Shown: positions 30,617 to 42,109 of the stretch, piece by piece
Position numbering within the stretch: the stretch's first letter is position 1
Layout: each line of letters begins with the position of its first letter
Origin: Gammaproteobacteria bacterium
GTDB lineage: Bacteria > Pseudomonadota > Gammaproteobacteria > JACCYU01
Length of the DNA: 64,000 nucleotides
Direction of reading: 5' to 3'
NCBI GenBank assembly: GCA_036259115.1
Contig: DATACK010000339.1
Location: forward strand, 4,997 to 68,996
Notes under the pieces: generated by a model
Told to the model about the DNA's origin: nothing
Seen by the model: only the letters and a program-made list of their open reading frames with translations
The model's database searches: none
Translations under genes and position numbers: made by a program

Positions 30617-31867
30617 TCAGTTGGAGCTGGCGTATGCAGAGAGCCGCGCGATGCGCGTGGCTGCCGGTGGATGCGAATCGTATACTGCTGAGTGAAGCGG
30701 ATCCGGCGTCAAGGTGCTGGCATTCTCCTTGTAGAGGCTTACCAGCGCGGTGATCAAGGCGTGGGCGTCGCTTTGCCCAGCGGCGAACTCGTCAGCCTCG
30801 AATTCGTGCTTGCGTGACCACCACGCCATCAGCGGCCGCAAGAAAAATCCGAACACCGGACCCACCATCATGAACAGCAGCAGGGCCATGTAAGCAGAAG
30901 GTTCTGCTATCCCTAGAGCGCTATAAAACCAGGACTGACGCATCAGCCACGAGAGGATAAAAAGTGCGATCAGTGAATAAGCCGCCATGAATAGCAGCCG
31001 TTTCTTCACGTGATTGCGTTTGAAATGGCCCAACTCATGTGCGAGTACCGATTCAATCTCGTCGGGGGAAAGTGTGTCTATTAGTGTATCGAAAAACACA
31101 ATACGTTTGTTGCGGCCAAATCCTGTGAAATACGCATTGCCATGGGCCGAGCGCTTGGAACCGTCCATTACGTACACGCCCTTGCTTTGGAAGCCACAGC
31201 GAGAGAGCAAGCCCTGGATACGCTTGTACAGAGCCTCGTTTTGGAGTGGACTGAAACGGTTGAAGAGTGGGGCGATCAAGGTGGGATAGGCCCAAGTCAT
31301 AAACAATCCAAACGCGATCCATACCGCCCATACATAAAGCCACCAATAATCACCCGCACCTTCCATCAACCATAGCACCACGAACATAAGTGGTGCGCCA
31401 ATAGCCAGCAGCAGTGCCGCGCTTTTGACCAGATCAGCTACGAAGGTGCGGACCGTTGTGCGGTTAAAACCAAAACGCTTCTCGAGCCCGAAGGTGCGGT
31501 ATACCGATATGGGAAGCTCGATGATCGATCCGATGAGCAACACGCTCAAAAAAACGCCAACACCCGTGACCAGCGGTCCTGTGCCCAGCGACCGCCATGC
31601 CTGATCAACGAGGTTCAACCCGCCGCCCAGTGTCCAGACCAGGAGCACTACGGTGTCCAAGCACGCGTTCACCATGCTCAGGCGCGTCTTGACAGCAGTA
31701 TAGTCGGCTGCTTTCTGATGTGCCTTTAAAGGCATGCGCCCGCTGAATGCGGCCGGAACCTGCGCCCGATGAGCAAGCACATAGCTAACGTGCCGCTGCG
31801 CGAGCCACAATCGCAGGGTGAGCGATAGGCCCAACGCCAGTAGGAAGATTAACGTAAAGGCATGCAT
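30617..31867 (-). CDS. M48-family zinc metallopeptidase (Ste24/HtpX-like, integral membrane).
   Basis: HEXXH motif HELGHFKRNH, a downstream glutamate, and multiple TM segments. The start is uncertain: the ORF-track start is 31918 and an internal Met lies at 31867. Confidence 0.7.
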   Translation of the reverse strand: MHAFTLIFLLALGLSLTLRLWLAQRHVSYVLAHRAQVPAAFSGRMPLKAHQKAADYTAVKTRLSMVNACLDTVVLLVWTLGGGLNLVDQAWRSLGTGPLVTGVGVFLSVLLIGSIIELPISVYRTFGLEKRFGFNRTTVRTFVADLVKSAALLLAIGAPLMFVVLWLMEGAGDYWWLYVWAVWIAFGLFMTWAYPTLIAPLFNRFSPLQNEALYKRIQGLLSRCGFQSKGVYVMDGSKRSAHGNAYFTGFGRNKRIVFFDTLIDTLSPDEIESVLAHELGHFKRNHVKKRLLFMAAYSLIALFILSWLMRQSWFYSALGIAEPSAYMALLLFMMVGPVFGFFLRPLMAWWSRKHEFEADEFAAGQSDAHALITALVSLYKENASTLTPDPLHSAVYDSHPPAATRIARLSAYASSN

Positions 31868-32143
31868 TCGTTGTTCCTTATTCGATCGGAATCGAGAAAT
31901 AGCGCTAGCATGATTCACAATGGAGCGCGTTCAGGGTCTGGCGACAGCTTACCTATTTGTTAGAATGGCAGGCAACTTGGTGCGAACACCTACCGCCTAC
32001 CCACTGAGATAAGTCCACTGACGTAGAGTTCATTGTATTCTCAACGGTTAGCATTGATTCACCGGCAGCGAGCAGGTTTGCCACCTATGGTGTTGGCTGT
32101 TTCTTTATACATACTGAATCTATTCTGGACTAACCGAAGTATG

Positions 32144-32692
32144 ACTGCCCCAGACCCCGAAGATCTGATTTGGATCGACCTGGAGATGACGGGTCTCGAT
32201 GTCGAGCGGGATCGCATCATTGAGATCGCGACCGTGATAACTGATAAGCAACTCAATGCCATCGCCGAAGGTCCGGTGCTCGCGATCCGGCAGGGCCACG
32301 AGTACCTCGCGCAGATGGATGACTGGAACACGAAACAACACACTAAGTCCGGTCTGTTGGAGCGAGTCAAGCTGAGCCGTATCGATGAAGGTGAGGCAGA
32401 GATTATGACGCTTGCTTTTCTTAGACAATACATCGCGCCCGGTGTGTCGCCTATGTGCGGCAACAGCGTCTGTCAGGACCGCCGCTTTCTGGCACGCGCC
32501 ATGCCAGCCTTGGAGGGCTACTTTCACTATCGAAATCTCGATGTCAGCACACTCAAAGAACTTGCCAGGCGCTGGGCACCGGAGATCGCCAAGGGCTTCA
32601 GTAAAGATTCAACCCACCAAGCCTTAGACGATATCCACAACTCGATTGCAGAGCTTCGCTACTATCGGGAGTATCTATTTAAAAACTGGTAA
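32144..32692 (+). CDS. orn: Oligoribonuclease.
   Basis: DEDDh exonuclease motifs ([13 protein letters not shown]-x4-D near the C-terminus: HQALDDI). About 182 aa from the internal Met at 32144, which matches Orn length. The ORF-track start is 32033. Confidence 0.85.
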   Translation, partial: TAPDPEDLIWIDLEMTGLDVERDRIIEIATVITDKQLNAIAEGPVLAIRQGHEYLAQMDDWNTKQHTKSGLLERVKLSRIDEGEAEIMTLAFLRQYIAPGVSPMCGNSVCQDRRFLARAMPALEGYFHYRNLDVSTLKELARRWAPEIAKGFSKDSTHQALDDIHNSIAELRYYREYLFKNW

Positions 32693-32743
32693 GGAGGCAA
32701 GATGTGACCGAGACGTTGATCCCTTTCATAGAATCCAGATCTT

Positions 32744-33604
32744 CTAGGCCCTGTTTCTCGGCCCTGATTCGATGGGCGTATCTGGCATATTGCCCCATTC
32801 CGACCAGGAGCCTGGATAGCCGCGCACGTTTTTAAAGCCTAAAGATTTAAGCATTAGCCAGGTGTGTGCGGAGCGATGATGGGTCTGGCAATAGGTAATG
32901 ACCTCCTTATCCGCTGTGATGTCGACTGATTTGAGCCTTGAGAGCAATGCATCACGGGATTTGAGACGCAGGTTGCGTGTCGTGTCAATGGCCTCGGTCC
33001 AGTCTATATTGATCGCGCCCGGAATGTGGCCTGTGCGCGCGGCGCGTTTTTCCTCGCCTTGATATTCTTTTGGCGTGCGACAATCTAATAATCGCGTATT
33101 AGCATCACCTAACCGCGCCATGATGTAATCGCGTTGGGCGACGACTTCTGGATGATAGTTAACCAGATAGTCGCTTAGCTGCGGGGCAACAAGCCTATGT
33201 TCCAGAGGGTGGCCTTCGTTGACCCAAGCCTGTAATCCACCATTTAGTAGCGCATAGCGCGCATGGCCACACGCCGCGAGGCTCCATAATAGGCGCGCCG
33301 CGCGGCCGCCGCCTTCGTCATCGTAGGCTACGATGTAAGCCTCGGATCTTAAGCCCAGCGAGGAAAACAGCGTGTGCATGTAGTCCATGCTCGGCAGTAG
33401 GCCAGTTACCGGCGGGCGCGACAACACCAATCTCGAATAATCGAGATGTACGGCGCACGGGATATGTGCGCGTGCGTATTGCTCAGCTTGGCATAGATCA
33501 ACCACCTGCAGATTTGGCTCCGCAAGACGGGCCTGTAACTCGGCAGGTTCCAGCAGCAAGGGAAATGTCACCATTGCGGGCTCTGTATGAACTTGCTTAA
33601 GCAT
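32744..33604 (-). CDS. Tandem-rhodanese sulfurtransferase (thiosulfate/3-mercaptopyruvate sulfurtransferase-like).
   Basis: Two rhodanese domains. The active-site Cys loop CQTHHRSAH is in the C-terminal domain. Start chosen at MLKQ (ttGAGGcgaATG); this is uncertain. Confidence 0.75.
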   Translation of the reverse strand: MLKQVHTEPAMVTFPLLLEPAELQARLAEPNLQVVDLCQAEQYARAHIPCAVHLDYSRLVLSRPPVTGLLPSMDYMHTLFSSLGLRSEAYIVAYDDEGGGRAARLLWSLAACGHARYALLNGGLQAWVNEGHPLEHRLVAPQLSDYLVNYHPEVVAQRDYIMARLGDANTRLLDCRTPKEYQGEEKRAARTGHIPGAINIDWTEAIDTTRNLRLKSRDALLSRLKSVDITADKEVITYCQTHHRSAHTWLMLKSLGFKNVRGYPGSWSEWGNMPDTPIESGPRNRA

Positions 33605-33636
33605 TCGCCTCAACCGCGGCGGGTGAATGCGTAAAG

Positions 33637-35283
33637 TTAGCGTAAATACCAGGGTGGTTCCAAGATTGTGTTGACGCCATCCAGCCGCGGATCCGTGCGC
33701 GGATAATCCAGAATGTAGTGCAACCCACGGCTTTCCTTGCGCGTCATGGCCGAGCGTATGATGAGCGCCGCCACCAATGCTAGATTGCGCATCTCGATCA
33801 GATCGCTGGTTACATTGAAGTTGCTGTAATACTCATCGATCTCGCGCAGCAACAGGACGATACGGTGCTTGGCACGTTGCAATCGTTTGATGGTCCGCAC
33901 AATCCCGACATAGTCCCACATGAAGCGCCGCAGCTCGTGCCAGTTATGCGCAATCACAATCTCTTCATCGGAGTCGATGACTCTGCTTGCATCCCACTCC
34001 GGTATTTCGGTACTCATACATCGCTGATCCAGATTCCGCATGATGTCTTCGGCGGCAGCTTTTGCGAACACCAGGCATTCGAGCAGCGAATTGCTGGCCA
34101 TGCGATTGGCACCATGCAGTCCGGTAGAGGCCACTTCACCGATCGCATATAAATTGTCGACGTCGGTGCGCGCATTGAGGTCCGTCACGACGCCGCCGCA
34201 GGTATAATGCGCTGCTGGCACCACGGGAATCGGTTCGCGCGTGAGATCATAGCCGAACTCCAGACAACGTGCATGCACGTTCGGAAAATGCGAGATGATG
34301 AAGTCCGCGCTTTTATGTCTGATATCTAAATATACACAGTCTATTCCTAGGCGCTTCATCTCATGGTCGATCGCGCGCGCGACAATATCTCGTGGCGCAA
34401 GCTCGGCACGCGCATCGAAGCGGCGCATGAATTTGGTTCCGTCCGGCAGCAACAGCTTACCCCCTTCGCCGCGGACCGCCTCGGTAATCAAGAACGACTT
34501 GGCTTGCGAATGATAGAGGCAGGTCGGGTGGAACTGCATAAACTCCATGTTGGCTACCCGGCAGCCTGCGCGCCAAGCCATAGCGATGCCATCGCCTGAA
34601 ACACTATCAGGATTACTACTATAGAGATAAACTTTACTAGCTCCTCCTGTCGCCAGCACCACAAATCGAGCCTTGAACACCTCCACCTGCTCATTGTCTC
34701 GATTCAAAACATACGCACCCAGGCATCCGTTGGTCTTAGATTGCTCCTGTGCGCGTAGTTTGCGGCTGGTGATCAGGTCAATAGCGATATGGTTTTCGAA
34801 TAGATCGATATGGCGCTGGCTGCGTACGTGCTCGATCAATACCTTGTGAATGGCCTGTCCCGTGGCATCGGCGGCGTGTACTATGCGGCGATGGCTGTGG
34901 CCACCTTCGCGCGTTAAATGGAGATTCAAGCTTCCATCGGGAAGCAACTCGCGCGTAAAATCCACGCCCATCTCCATTAGCCACCGAATGGCTGCCTCCG
35001 CGTTGGCGACGGTGTAACGCACAACGCCTTCGTCACACAAACCAGCGCCCGCATCCAAGGTATCGGCGACATGCGAGGATAGTGAATCCTGTCGGTCAAG
35101 TGCTGCCGAAACTCCGCCCTGAGCGTACCAGGTGCTGCCCTCGGCGAGTGGACCTTTAGAGAGTACCGCAACGTGCACGCGTTCGGTCAGGTGCAGCGCC
35201 AGGCTCAACCCCGCGGCGCCGCTGCCGATGACGAGTACATCGTGATAATGCTGGTTATGCGTGGGCTGTACGTATGTCATCAA
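33637..35283 (-). CDS. nadB: L-aspartate oxidase.
   Basis: FAD-binding N-terminus [16 protein letters not shown], succinate-dehydrogenase/fumarate-reductase flavoprotein fold, 548 aa. Divergent from rpoE, as in E. coli. Confidence 0.9.
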   Translation of the reverse strand: MMTYVQPTHNQHYHDVLVIGSGAAGLSLALHLTERVHVAVLSKGPLAEGSTWYAQGGVSAALDRQDSLSSHVADTLDAGAGLCDEGVVRYTVANAEAAIRWLMEMGVDFTRELLPDGSLNLHLTREGGHSHRRIVHAADATGQAIHKVLIEHVRSQRHIDLFENHIAIDLITSRKLRAQEQSKTNGCLGAYVLNRDNEQVEVFKARFVVLATGGASKVYLYSSNPDSVSGDGIAMAWRAGCRVANMEFMQFHPTCLYHSQAKSFLITEAVRGEGGKLLLPDGTKFMRRFDARAELAPRDIVARAIDHEMKRLGIDCVYLDIRHKSADFIISHFPNVHARCLEFGYDLTREPIPVVPAAHYTCGGVVTDLNARTDVDNLYAIGEVASTGLHGANRMASNSLLECLVFAKAAAEDIMRNLDQRCMSTEIPEWDASRVIDSDEEIVIAHNWHELRRFMWDYVGIVRTIKRLQRAKHRIVLLLREIDEYYSNFNVTSDLIEMRNLALVAALIIRSAMTRKESRGLHYILDYPRTDPRLDGVNTILEPPWYLR

Positions 35284-35370
35284 ACGGACATTTTGTCATA
35301 ATTTTTGCCTTCCAAACATCAAGGCTGCTGTCCACGCCGGTGAAGCTATCCATAAACAAGTCACTGGCGA

Positions 35371-35397
35371 GAACTCCTTCCGGTGTAATCTGTCAAC
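35371..35397 (+). promoter_or_regulatory. Candidate sigma-E (ECF) autoregulated promoter upstream of rpoE.
   Basis: GAACTC-N16-TCAAC, about 45 nt upstream of the rpoE ATG. This matches the sigma-E/AlgU consensus GAACTT-N16-TCnaA. Confidence 0.45.
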
Positions 35398-35442
35398 TAG
35401 GTAAGGCGCATGGAAGGCGTCTGGAATTGGGGGTGTGCCCGG

Positions 35443-36015
35443 ATGGGCGAGACGAATGATCGCGAGCTGGTCAAACGAGTTCAGGCGGGCGACAAGAGAG
35501 CCTACGACGCCCTGATTCGCAAATATCAGCATAAGATCATAAAACTGATCTCGCGCTACGTGCATGACCCCGATGCCGCGTCAGATGTCGCCCAGGAGGC
35601 ATTTTTAAAGGCGTATCGCGGTTTGGCACGTTTCCGCGGTGAGAGTGCTTTTTACACGTGGCTTTATCGAATTGCTATAAACACGGCCAAAAACCATCTT
35701 GTTGCGCAGGGGCGCCGATCGCCGGACCACGAGGTCGATGCCCAAGAGGCCGAGTATTACGAAAGCGCTTCCATGTTAAAGGACTACGCCACGCCGGAGC
35801 GGCAATTACTTACCGAAGAGATAGAACGCACAGTCTACCGCGCGATCAGAGAGTTGCCAGATGATCTTAAGACCGCTATTACACTGCGCGAATTGGAAGG
35901 CATGAGCTATGAGGAAATCGCACAGACGATGGGTTGCCCCATCGGGACAGTCCGTTCGCGCATCTTCCGCGCCCGCGAGGCGATTGACCGCTACCTGCAG
36001 CCCTTAATTGGTTGA
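35443..36015 (+). CDS. rpoE: RNA polymerase sigma factor sigma-E (RpoE/AlgU).
   Basis: 190 aa from MGETNDRELVKRVQAGDKRAYDALIRKYQHKI. Sigma-70 region 2 and region 4 motifs are present. It is followed by rseA and rseB. Confidence 0.92.
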   Translation: MGETNDRELVKRVQAGDKRAYDALIRKYQHKIIKLISRYVHDPDAASDVAQEAFLKAYRGLARFRGESAFYTWLYRIAINTAKNHLVAQGRRSPDHEVDAQEAEYYESASMLKDYATPERQLLTEEIERTVYRAIRELPDDLKTAITLRELEGMSYEEIAQTMGCPIGTVRSRIFRAREAIDRYLQPLIG

Positions 36016-36076
36016 CGCTAGAACAAGATTCCCATCCGATTCATATCCATGAGCATGTCTTAGCAAGAGTGACACC

Positions 36077-36667
36077 ATGATGAACGAGAAGAAAGCGCTG
36101 TTGTCCGCGTTCGTCGATGAAGAGGTCTCTGAACTGGAAGTCCGGCGCGTCTGTAAGGAGCTGCTGAGCGACGAGCACGAGCTGACGCGGTGGAGCCACT
36201 ACTACCTGATCCGTGATGCCCTGCGAGGCAACCTTCCGCCAGTCATCGACTTGCGCTTCGCGGATGCTGTTATGGCCCGGATCAAGCAAGAACCCACGCT
36301 TACCAATGCGGTGTTGCTAACATGGCGCGAACGGCTGCTGCAACCCGCTGCAGGCCTGGGTCTGGCCGCTTCGATTGCAGTGGCCGCTGTGCTGACTTTT
36401 CAAGCGTTTACCGGCGGAACTTCGCCGACTTCTTCAACAGTTGCGCAGGTGGCTCAGGTACCTGTGTCTGCGCGTCAAGTCAAGGTCGAGACAGCTAGCG
36501 CAAGCGATAGCACCGAGCGCGCGCCTGCCGAACGTGCCTTGCTACAAAATCCACACATCGCCGCCAGGCTCAATAGCTATCTGGTCAATCACAGCGAATA
36601 CGCGCCCACACAAGGTATGATGCCGTACGCGCGCGTGGTCGTCGGCTACGACAATATCGAGCAGTAG
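36077..36667 (+). CDS. rseA: Anti-sigma-E factor RseA/MucA.
   Basis: The N-terminal sigma-E-binding domain (LSAFVDEEVSELE...W-SHYYLIRDALRG), a central TM segment and a periplasmic C-terminal domain. Confidence 0.88.
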   Translation: MMNEKKALLSAFVDEEVSELEVRRVCKELLSDEHELTRWSHYYLIRDALRGNLPPVIDLRFADAVMARIKQEPTLTNAVLLTWRERLLQPAAGLGLAASIAVAAVLTFQAFTGGTSPTSSTVAQVAQVPVSARQVKVETASASDSTERAPAERALLQNPHIAARLNSYLVNHSEYAPTQGMMPYARVVVGYDNIEQ

Positions 36668-36677
36668 ATACAGTGGA

Positions 36678-37643
36678 ATGCGCTATGTAGCGTTATTTGC
36701 AGCCTTGGCGCTGCCGCAGGCTGCGTGGCCTCAACAAGACGCCCAGGCATGGCTCAATAAGATGACTCGGGCTGTGCGGTACTTGAATTACGAAGGCACC
36801 TTCGTTTTCATGCATGGCGGCGCTGTGGATGCCATGCATATTATCCACGAGCATGATGAAGGCGGGGTGCGGGAACGATTGATCTCCCTCACCGGTGAGA
36901 CACGCGAGTTCATTCGGGATAGAGGTGTATTAACTTGTGTTTGGCCGGGCAAGCATTCAGTCGTGGTGGAAAAGACGCGCTCTCAACATGGTATCCCTGC
37001 CACGCTTCCCGCCGATACAGAAGGTCTGTATAAATATTACCGCTTCCAGATTGACGGCAAGGACCGAATAGCCGGCAAATCTTGCCGCATCATAGCGATC
37101 AAGCCCAAAGATGATCTGCGTTATGGACACCGCCTGTGCATTGCGGAAGACTCTGGAATGCTGCTTAAGTCGGTTATGCTCAATGCGGCAGGTACGCCTA
37201 TAGAAGAAGTCATGTTTACCAGTTTGAACCTGCTTAAGAACATTCCTAATCGCCGGTTTAAATCTACCATGATCAATGATGATGTGTGGCAGCGCGCCGC
37301 AATTCAAAGTACGCCGCTTGAGTTAAAGGCTGATGCCAGCTGGCGGATTCAAATGATGCCGCCCGGATTTAAGGTGACTGCCAATACCAAGCGTATAATC
37401 GCGGCAGATCCCACACCGGTGCAGCATATAATATTGACTGATGGATTGGCCTCGGTTTCAGTGTTTATCGCTAGACTGCGGAGTCGCAAGGCTCTGTTTG
37501 AGGGCACGACGCATAGCGGCGCCCTAAATGCGTTTGCTCGTGATTTGAACAACTATCAGATCACTGTGGTCGGCGAAGTGCCCGAAGAAACAGTAGAAAT
37601 GATCGGGAAGTCTATCGCCTACAGACCTAACGCAGCTCATTGA
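36678..37643 (+). CDS. rseB: Sigma-E regulatory protein RseB/MucB.
   Basis: 321 aa with a signal peptide. It belongs to the MucB/RseB family by position and size, and its translation is consistent with that family. Confidence 0.85.
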   Translation: MRYVALFAALALPQAAWPQQDAQAWLNKMTRAVRYLNYEGTFVFMHGGAVDAMHIIHEHDEGGVRERLISLTGETREFIRDRGVLTCVWPGKHSVVVEKTRSQHGIPATLPADTEGLYKYYRFQIDGKDRIAGKSCRIIAIKPKDDLRYGHRLCIAEDSGMLLKSVMLNAAGTPIEEVMFTSLNLLKNIPNRRFKSTMINDDVWQRAAIQSTPLELKADASWRIQMMPPGFKVTANTKRIIAADPTPVQHIILTDGLASVSVFIARLRSRKALFEGTTHSGALNAFARDLNNYQITVVGEVPEETVEMIGKSIAYRPNAAH

Positions 37644-37939
37644 AAACGCTCAACTATTCTGCGCGCGAGATGCCGCGATAGCACCTTCCGCGTTAGTCTT
37701 TCTATACAGGCCTCCACTTGAGCGTGCTCACGGCGAAGACTCGCCGGCGTTGTTATAATAAACAAGACAAGCCCCTCTATAAGCGTCAGTTGATACCTTA
37801 TGCGAGACGCCATGTGATGTTGGACACCTTGCGTGGACCGCGACGTGCTCATGCAAGTAGGCGCCAAGTGGGTACGGCGGCTGAGGCACGCGTGTAGTTT
37901 AGCGCCAGCCTGTTACAAGTTTTGATGAGGTAAACCCGT

Positions 37940-39355
37940 ATGCGAAGGCTCAGCGCTGTTTATGCATCAATCTTTTTCTTGAGCACACCCGCTGCCTATG
38001 CACAGCAGGGATTACCCGATTTTACCGGTCTGGTTAAGGAGAATGCACCCGCGGTTGTGAATATCAGTACGACCAAGAAGGAGGACACATGGCCGGGCCT
38101 GCCGCCGAATTTACAGATACCGGAACTCCCGAGAGACAACCCTCTAAATGAATGGTTGCGCAAGTTTCTCGGTGAGCGCAACGATGGTCCGCCGCCTTTC
38201 AGCTCTGAGTCGCTGGGTTCAGGCTTTATCATCTCCAAGGATGGATACATCGTGACCAATAGCCATCTCGTGGAAGACGCCGATGAGATCATAGTGCGGC
38301 TCAGCGACCGTCGCGAATTGGAAGCGCGGTTGATCGGACAAGATTCTGAGAGCGATATTGCGCTTCTGAAGATCCATGCCGATAAGCTGCCAGTGCTGAA
38401 GATCGGCAGTTCCAAAAGCCTCAAGTCCGGTGAGTGGGTTTTGGCCATAGGTTCCCCATTTGGGTTCGATCACTCCGTTACGGCTGGTATCGTAAGCGCC
38501 AAGGGACGTAGTCTACCCAGTGAAAACTATGTGCCTTTCATACAAACAGACGTCGCTATCAACCCCGGTAACTCTGGCGGGCCACTGTTCAACTTGGACG
38601 GCGAGGTGGTCGGCGTCAACTCTCAGATCTATAGCCGCACCGGCGGTTTTATGGGCCTGTCATTCTCGATCCCAATCGAGTTGGCGATGAATGTTGTCCG
38701 GCAATTGAAGGCTACAGGCCATGTGTCCCGCGGCTGGCTCGGAGTGTACATCCAGGAGGTCACGGACGACCTCGCGGAATCGTTCAACATGGACAGGCCC
38801 ACCGGTGCCTTAGTCGCCAGGATCTTGCCCCGCAGTCCGGCACAGGCGGCAGATCTACGCGTTGGCGATATCATCTTGTTGTACAACGGCAGAGTAGTGC
38901 CAAACTCTGCAGCATTACCGCACATGGTGGGGCAAAGTCAAGCCGGTGAGCGGGTTCGGCTTGAACTTATGCGCGACGGCAAGAGAATCACGCGGCCAGT
39001 GACTATCGGTGAGCTGCCAAGCGAAGAGCCGGACGTGATGGCAGACCCGCAAAGCACTGCACCACCTGCTCGCGATGTGGTGCTGGGTCTTAAGCTGCGC
39101 CCACTGACGCTGAAAGAAAAACGGGTAATGGACCTTGAAGAAGGTGGCTTGCGGGTAGTTGAAGTTCATGAGGGTCCTGCTGAGGAGGCAGGCGTGCGGA
39201 AGGGAGATGTCATACAAATGATCGATAATCAGAAGATCACGACGATCGCGCAGTTCAAGGCGCTGATTGAAGATCTTTCCAAGAACAAATTTACATCGGT
39301 ACTGGTGCAGCGGCGGCAAGGTCCAGAATTTCTGGCGCTTAAAATTCCCGGCTGA
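37940..39355 (+). CDS. degP: Periplasmic serine endoprotease DegP/MucD (HtrA family).
   Basis: Signal peptide and a trypsin-like catalytic triad context (GNSGGPLFN), followed by two PDZ domains. Placement after rseB resembles the Pseudomonas algU-mucABD arrangement. Confidence 0.88.
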   Translation: MRRLSAVYASIFFLSTPAAYAQQGLPDFTGLVKENAPAVVNISTTKKEDTWPGLPPNLQIPELPRDNPLNEWLRKFLGERNDGPPPFSSESLGSGFIISKDGYIVTNSHLVEDADEIIVRLSDRRELEARLIGQDSESDIALLKIHADKLPVLKIGSSKSLKSGEWVLAIGSPFGFDHSVTAGIVSAKGRSLPSENYVPFIQTDVAINPGNSGGPLFNLDGEVVGVNSQIYSRTGGFMGLSFSIPIELAMNVVRQLKATGHVSRGWLGVYIQEVTDDLAESFNMDRPTGALVARILPRSPAQAADLRVGDIILLYNGRVVPNSAALPHMVGQSQAGERVRLELMRDGKRITRPVTIGELPSEEPDVMADPQSTAPPARDVVLGLKLRPLTLKEKRVMDLEEGGLRVVEVHEGPAEEAGVRKGDVIQMIDNQKITTIAQFKALIEDLSKNKFTSVLVQRRQGPEFLALKIPG

Positions 39356-39456
39356 ATACTATTTGCAACGTGTAGACTACGCCGCGCTCGCACGGCGACA
39401 ACAGGTTTGGTTAAGCCTGATAGGCGGTCCACATCAGGCTTTTCTTTAAATTCTGT

Positions 39457-41253
39457 TTGGACATGGAACGCATACGCAACTTTTCCATCATCGCACATAT
39501 CGATCACGGCAAGTCCACATTGGCCGACCGATTCATCCAACAGTGCGGGGGGCTATCTGCCCGCGAAATGAGGGCGCAGGTGCTGGATTCGATGGAACTT
39601 GAGAAGGAGCGCGGTATCACCATCAAGGCACACAGCGTTTCGCTCAACTACCGGGCGCAGGACGGCTATACCTACCAACTCAATCTCATTGACACCCCGG
39701 GGCATGTCGATTTTTCCTATGAAGTATCCCGCTCGCTGGTCGCCTGCGAGGGCGCACTGCTGGTGATTGACGCCTCGCAAGGCGTCGAAGCCCAGAGCGT
39801 GGCTAATTCCTATACGGCCATAGATCAGGGCCTGCAAGTGCTACCGGTAATCAATAAGATTGATCTCCCCGCGGCGGATCCGCTCCGCGTAATCAAGGAA
39901 ATAGAGGATGTCATCGGCATCGACGCCTCGCATGCGGTGCTGGTCAGCGCCAAGACCGGTGAAGGTATTACCGAGTTGCTGGAACAGTTAATCGCGCGCA
40001 TTCCACCGCCGAAAGGTGAAGTCGAGGCGACTTTGAAGGCCTTGATTATCGATTCATGGTTTGACAGCTATACCGGCGTGGTGGTGCTGGTACGCATTAT
40101 AGATGGCATCGTCAGACCAAAGCAAAAGATCATGGCGATGTCGTCCGGGCGCAGCTACCAGGTCGATAGCGTAGGAATTTTTACGCCTAAACGCCAGGAG
40201 AAAGATGACCTGCGAGCGGGCCAGGTGGGCTATCTGATCGCTGGCATCAGGGATATCGATGGCGCCAAGATCGGCGATACCCTGACCTTCGCGGAGCGTC
40301 CGGCTTCACGCCCTCTTCCTGGTTTTAGGCATGTGCAACCAAACGTATTTGCGGGTCTATTTCCGACGAGCGCGGATGACTTTGCGAGGTTTCGCGAAGC
40401 GCTGGAGCGACTGCGCCTGAATGACTCCGCATTGACTTTTGAACCCGAGACCTCGCACGCGTTGGGGTTCGGTTTTCGCTGCGGGTTTTTGGGCATGCTA
40501 CACATGGAAATCGTACAGGCGCGTCTGGAGCGTGAATATGATCTCGATCTCATCACTACCGCGCCTACAGTGGTTTACGAGGTCCGCACGACCAAAGGTG
40601 AGGCGCTCAATATCCATAGCCCCGCCCAACTACCCGCGTCTAACAAGATCAAGGAGATCCGGGAGCCCATTGTCAATGCTTCGATCCTGACGCCGCACGA
40701 GTTTGTGGGTAACGTGATCGGTCTGTGCGTCGAAAAGCGCGGCGTGCAGACGCGCATGCACTATTTTGGCAATCAAGTGCAACTCGACTACGCTCTGCCG
40801 TTGAGCGAGATCGTGCTCGACTTCTTCGATCGCTTGAAATCCGTCAGCCGCGGATTTGCCTCGTTCGATTACCATCCCTCCCATTTCCAGACGGCGCCAC
40901 TAGTCAAGGTGGATGTGTTGATCAATGGCGAACGGGTCGATGCGCTGTCGGTCATCGTGCACAAAGACAAGGCACAATCGCGCGGGCGCGAGTTGACCGA
41001 GCGCATGCAGAATATCATTCCTCGACAAATGTTCGACGTCGCCATCCAGGCAGCGATCGGCTCGCATATCATCGCACGCACATCGGTCAAGGCCTTGCGC
41101 AAGAACGTGACTGCCAAATGCTATGGTGGTGACGTGACGCGCAAACGCAAGCTACTGGAGAAGCAAAAGGCGGGCAAGAAGCGCATGAAGCGGATCGGTC
41201 GAGTGGAAATACCGCAAGAAGCCTTCCTCGCGGTATTACAAGTAGACAAATAA
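39457..41253 (+). CDS. lepA: Elongation factor 4.
   Basis: GTPase motifs AHIDHGKST and DTPGHVDF, and the LepA-specific C-terminal domain. 598 aa. lepA-lepB synteny. Confidence 0.95.
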   Translation: MDMERIRNFSIIAHIDHGKSTLADRFIQQCGGLSAREMRAQVLDSMELEKERGITIKAHSVSLNYRAQDGYTYQLNLIDTPGHVDFSYEVSRSLVACEGALLVIDASQGVEAQSVANSYTAIDQGLQVLPVINKIDLPAADPLRVIKEIEDVIGIDASHAVLVSAKTGEGITELLEQLIARIPPPKGEVEATLKALIIDSWFDSYTGVVVLVRIIDGIVRPKQKIMAMSSGRSYQVDSVGIFTPKRQEKDDLRAGQVGYLIAGIRDIDGAKIGDTLTFAERPASRPLPGFRHVQPNVFAGLFPTSADDFARFREALERLRLNDSALTFEPETSHALGFGFRCGFLGMLHMEIVQARLEREYDLDLITTAPTVVYEVRTTKGEALNIHSPAQLPASNKIKEIREPIVNASILTPHEFVGNVIGLCVEKRGVQTRMHYFGNQVQLDYALPLSEIVLDFFDRLKSVSRGFASFDYHPSHFQTAPLVKVDVLINGERVDALSVIVHKDKAQSRGRELTERMQNIIPRQMFDVAIQAAIGSHIIARTSVKALRKNVTAKCYGGDVTRKRKLLEKQKAGKKRMKRIGRVEIPQEAFLAVLQVDK

Positions 41254-41272
41254 TTCAAAAAGAAGGATAGGA

Positions 41273-42109
41273 ATGAACGTCAATCTGGAATTGGTGCTGG
41301 TTATCGGCACGCTTTTGACAGGCGGCATATGGCTGTTTGATCGCTTCGTGTGGAGGCCGCGGCGAATGAGCGCGGCACTGGCAAACCCATCGGCGGCGAC
41401 AGAGGACGTGGCCCATACGGCACCAAGTCAAGCGCCGGCATCTCAGGATCCCTGGTATGTGGAATACTCCAAGTCATTCTTTCCGGTGCTTCTTATCGTT
41501 CTCGTCGTGCGCGGGTTCGTGGTCGAGCCGTTTAGGATTCCATCGGGTTCCATGATGCCGACCTTGCTGGTGGGCGATTTTATCTTAGTTAACAAGTTTG
41601 CCTATGGCTTGCACCTACCGGTGCTCAACACCAAGTTCATCGAAACAGACGATCCCAAACGCGGCGATGTGGTTGTGTTCCGCTATCCCGAGAACCCTTC
41701 AGAGGACTACATCAAACGGGTCGTGGGTTTACCGGGCGACCATATCACTTATTACAACAAGGTGTTGTACATCAATGGCAAGCGGTGCCCGCAACAGCTT
41801 CTAGGAGAGTACGAGGGCGTAGGCAGTGATACAGGCTCGGGCAATGAGTTGGTGTTCAGGGAGAAGCTCGGCGACGTCACCCATAAAATGCTGATTGAGC
41901 CAGGCAATCCGAGTATGAATGGGGAATATGTGGTCCCACCCCACGAATACTTCGTGATGGGCGACAACCGTGACAACAGCAATGACAGCCGCTATTGGGG
42001 TTTCGTGCCGGATGCAAACCTCATTGGCAAAGCGTTTATGATCTGGCTGAATTGGGATATGGCAGGTGGGGTATTTGACTATACTCGCATAGGCGAGCAG
42101 ATTCATTAA
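41273..42109 (+). CDS. lepB: Signal peptidase I.
   Basis: S26 motifs SGSMMPTL (catalytic Ser) and the KR/GDNRDNSNDSRYWG box. Confidence 0.92.
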   Translation: MNVNLELVLVIGTLLTGGIWLFDRFVWRPRRMSAALANPSAATEDVAHTAPSQAPASQDPWYVEYSKSFFPVLLIVLVVRGFVVEPFRIPSGSMMPTLLVGDFILVNKFAYGLHLPVLNTKFIETDDPKRGDVVVFRYPENPSEDYIKRVVGLPGDHITYYNKVLYINGKRCPQQLLGEYEGVGSDTGSGNELVFREKLGDVTHKMLIEPGNPSMNGEYVVPPHEYFVMGDNRDNSNDSRYWGFVPDANLIGKAFMIWLNWDMAGGVFDYTRIGEQIH

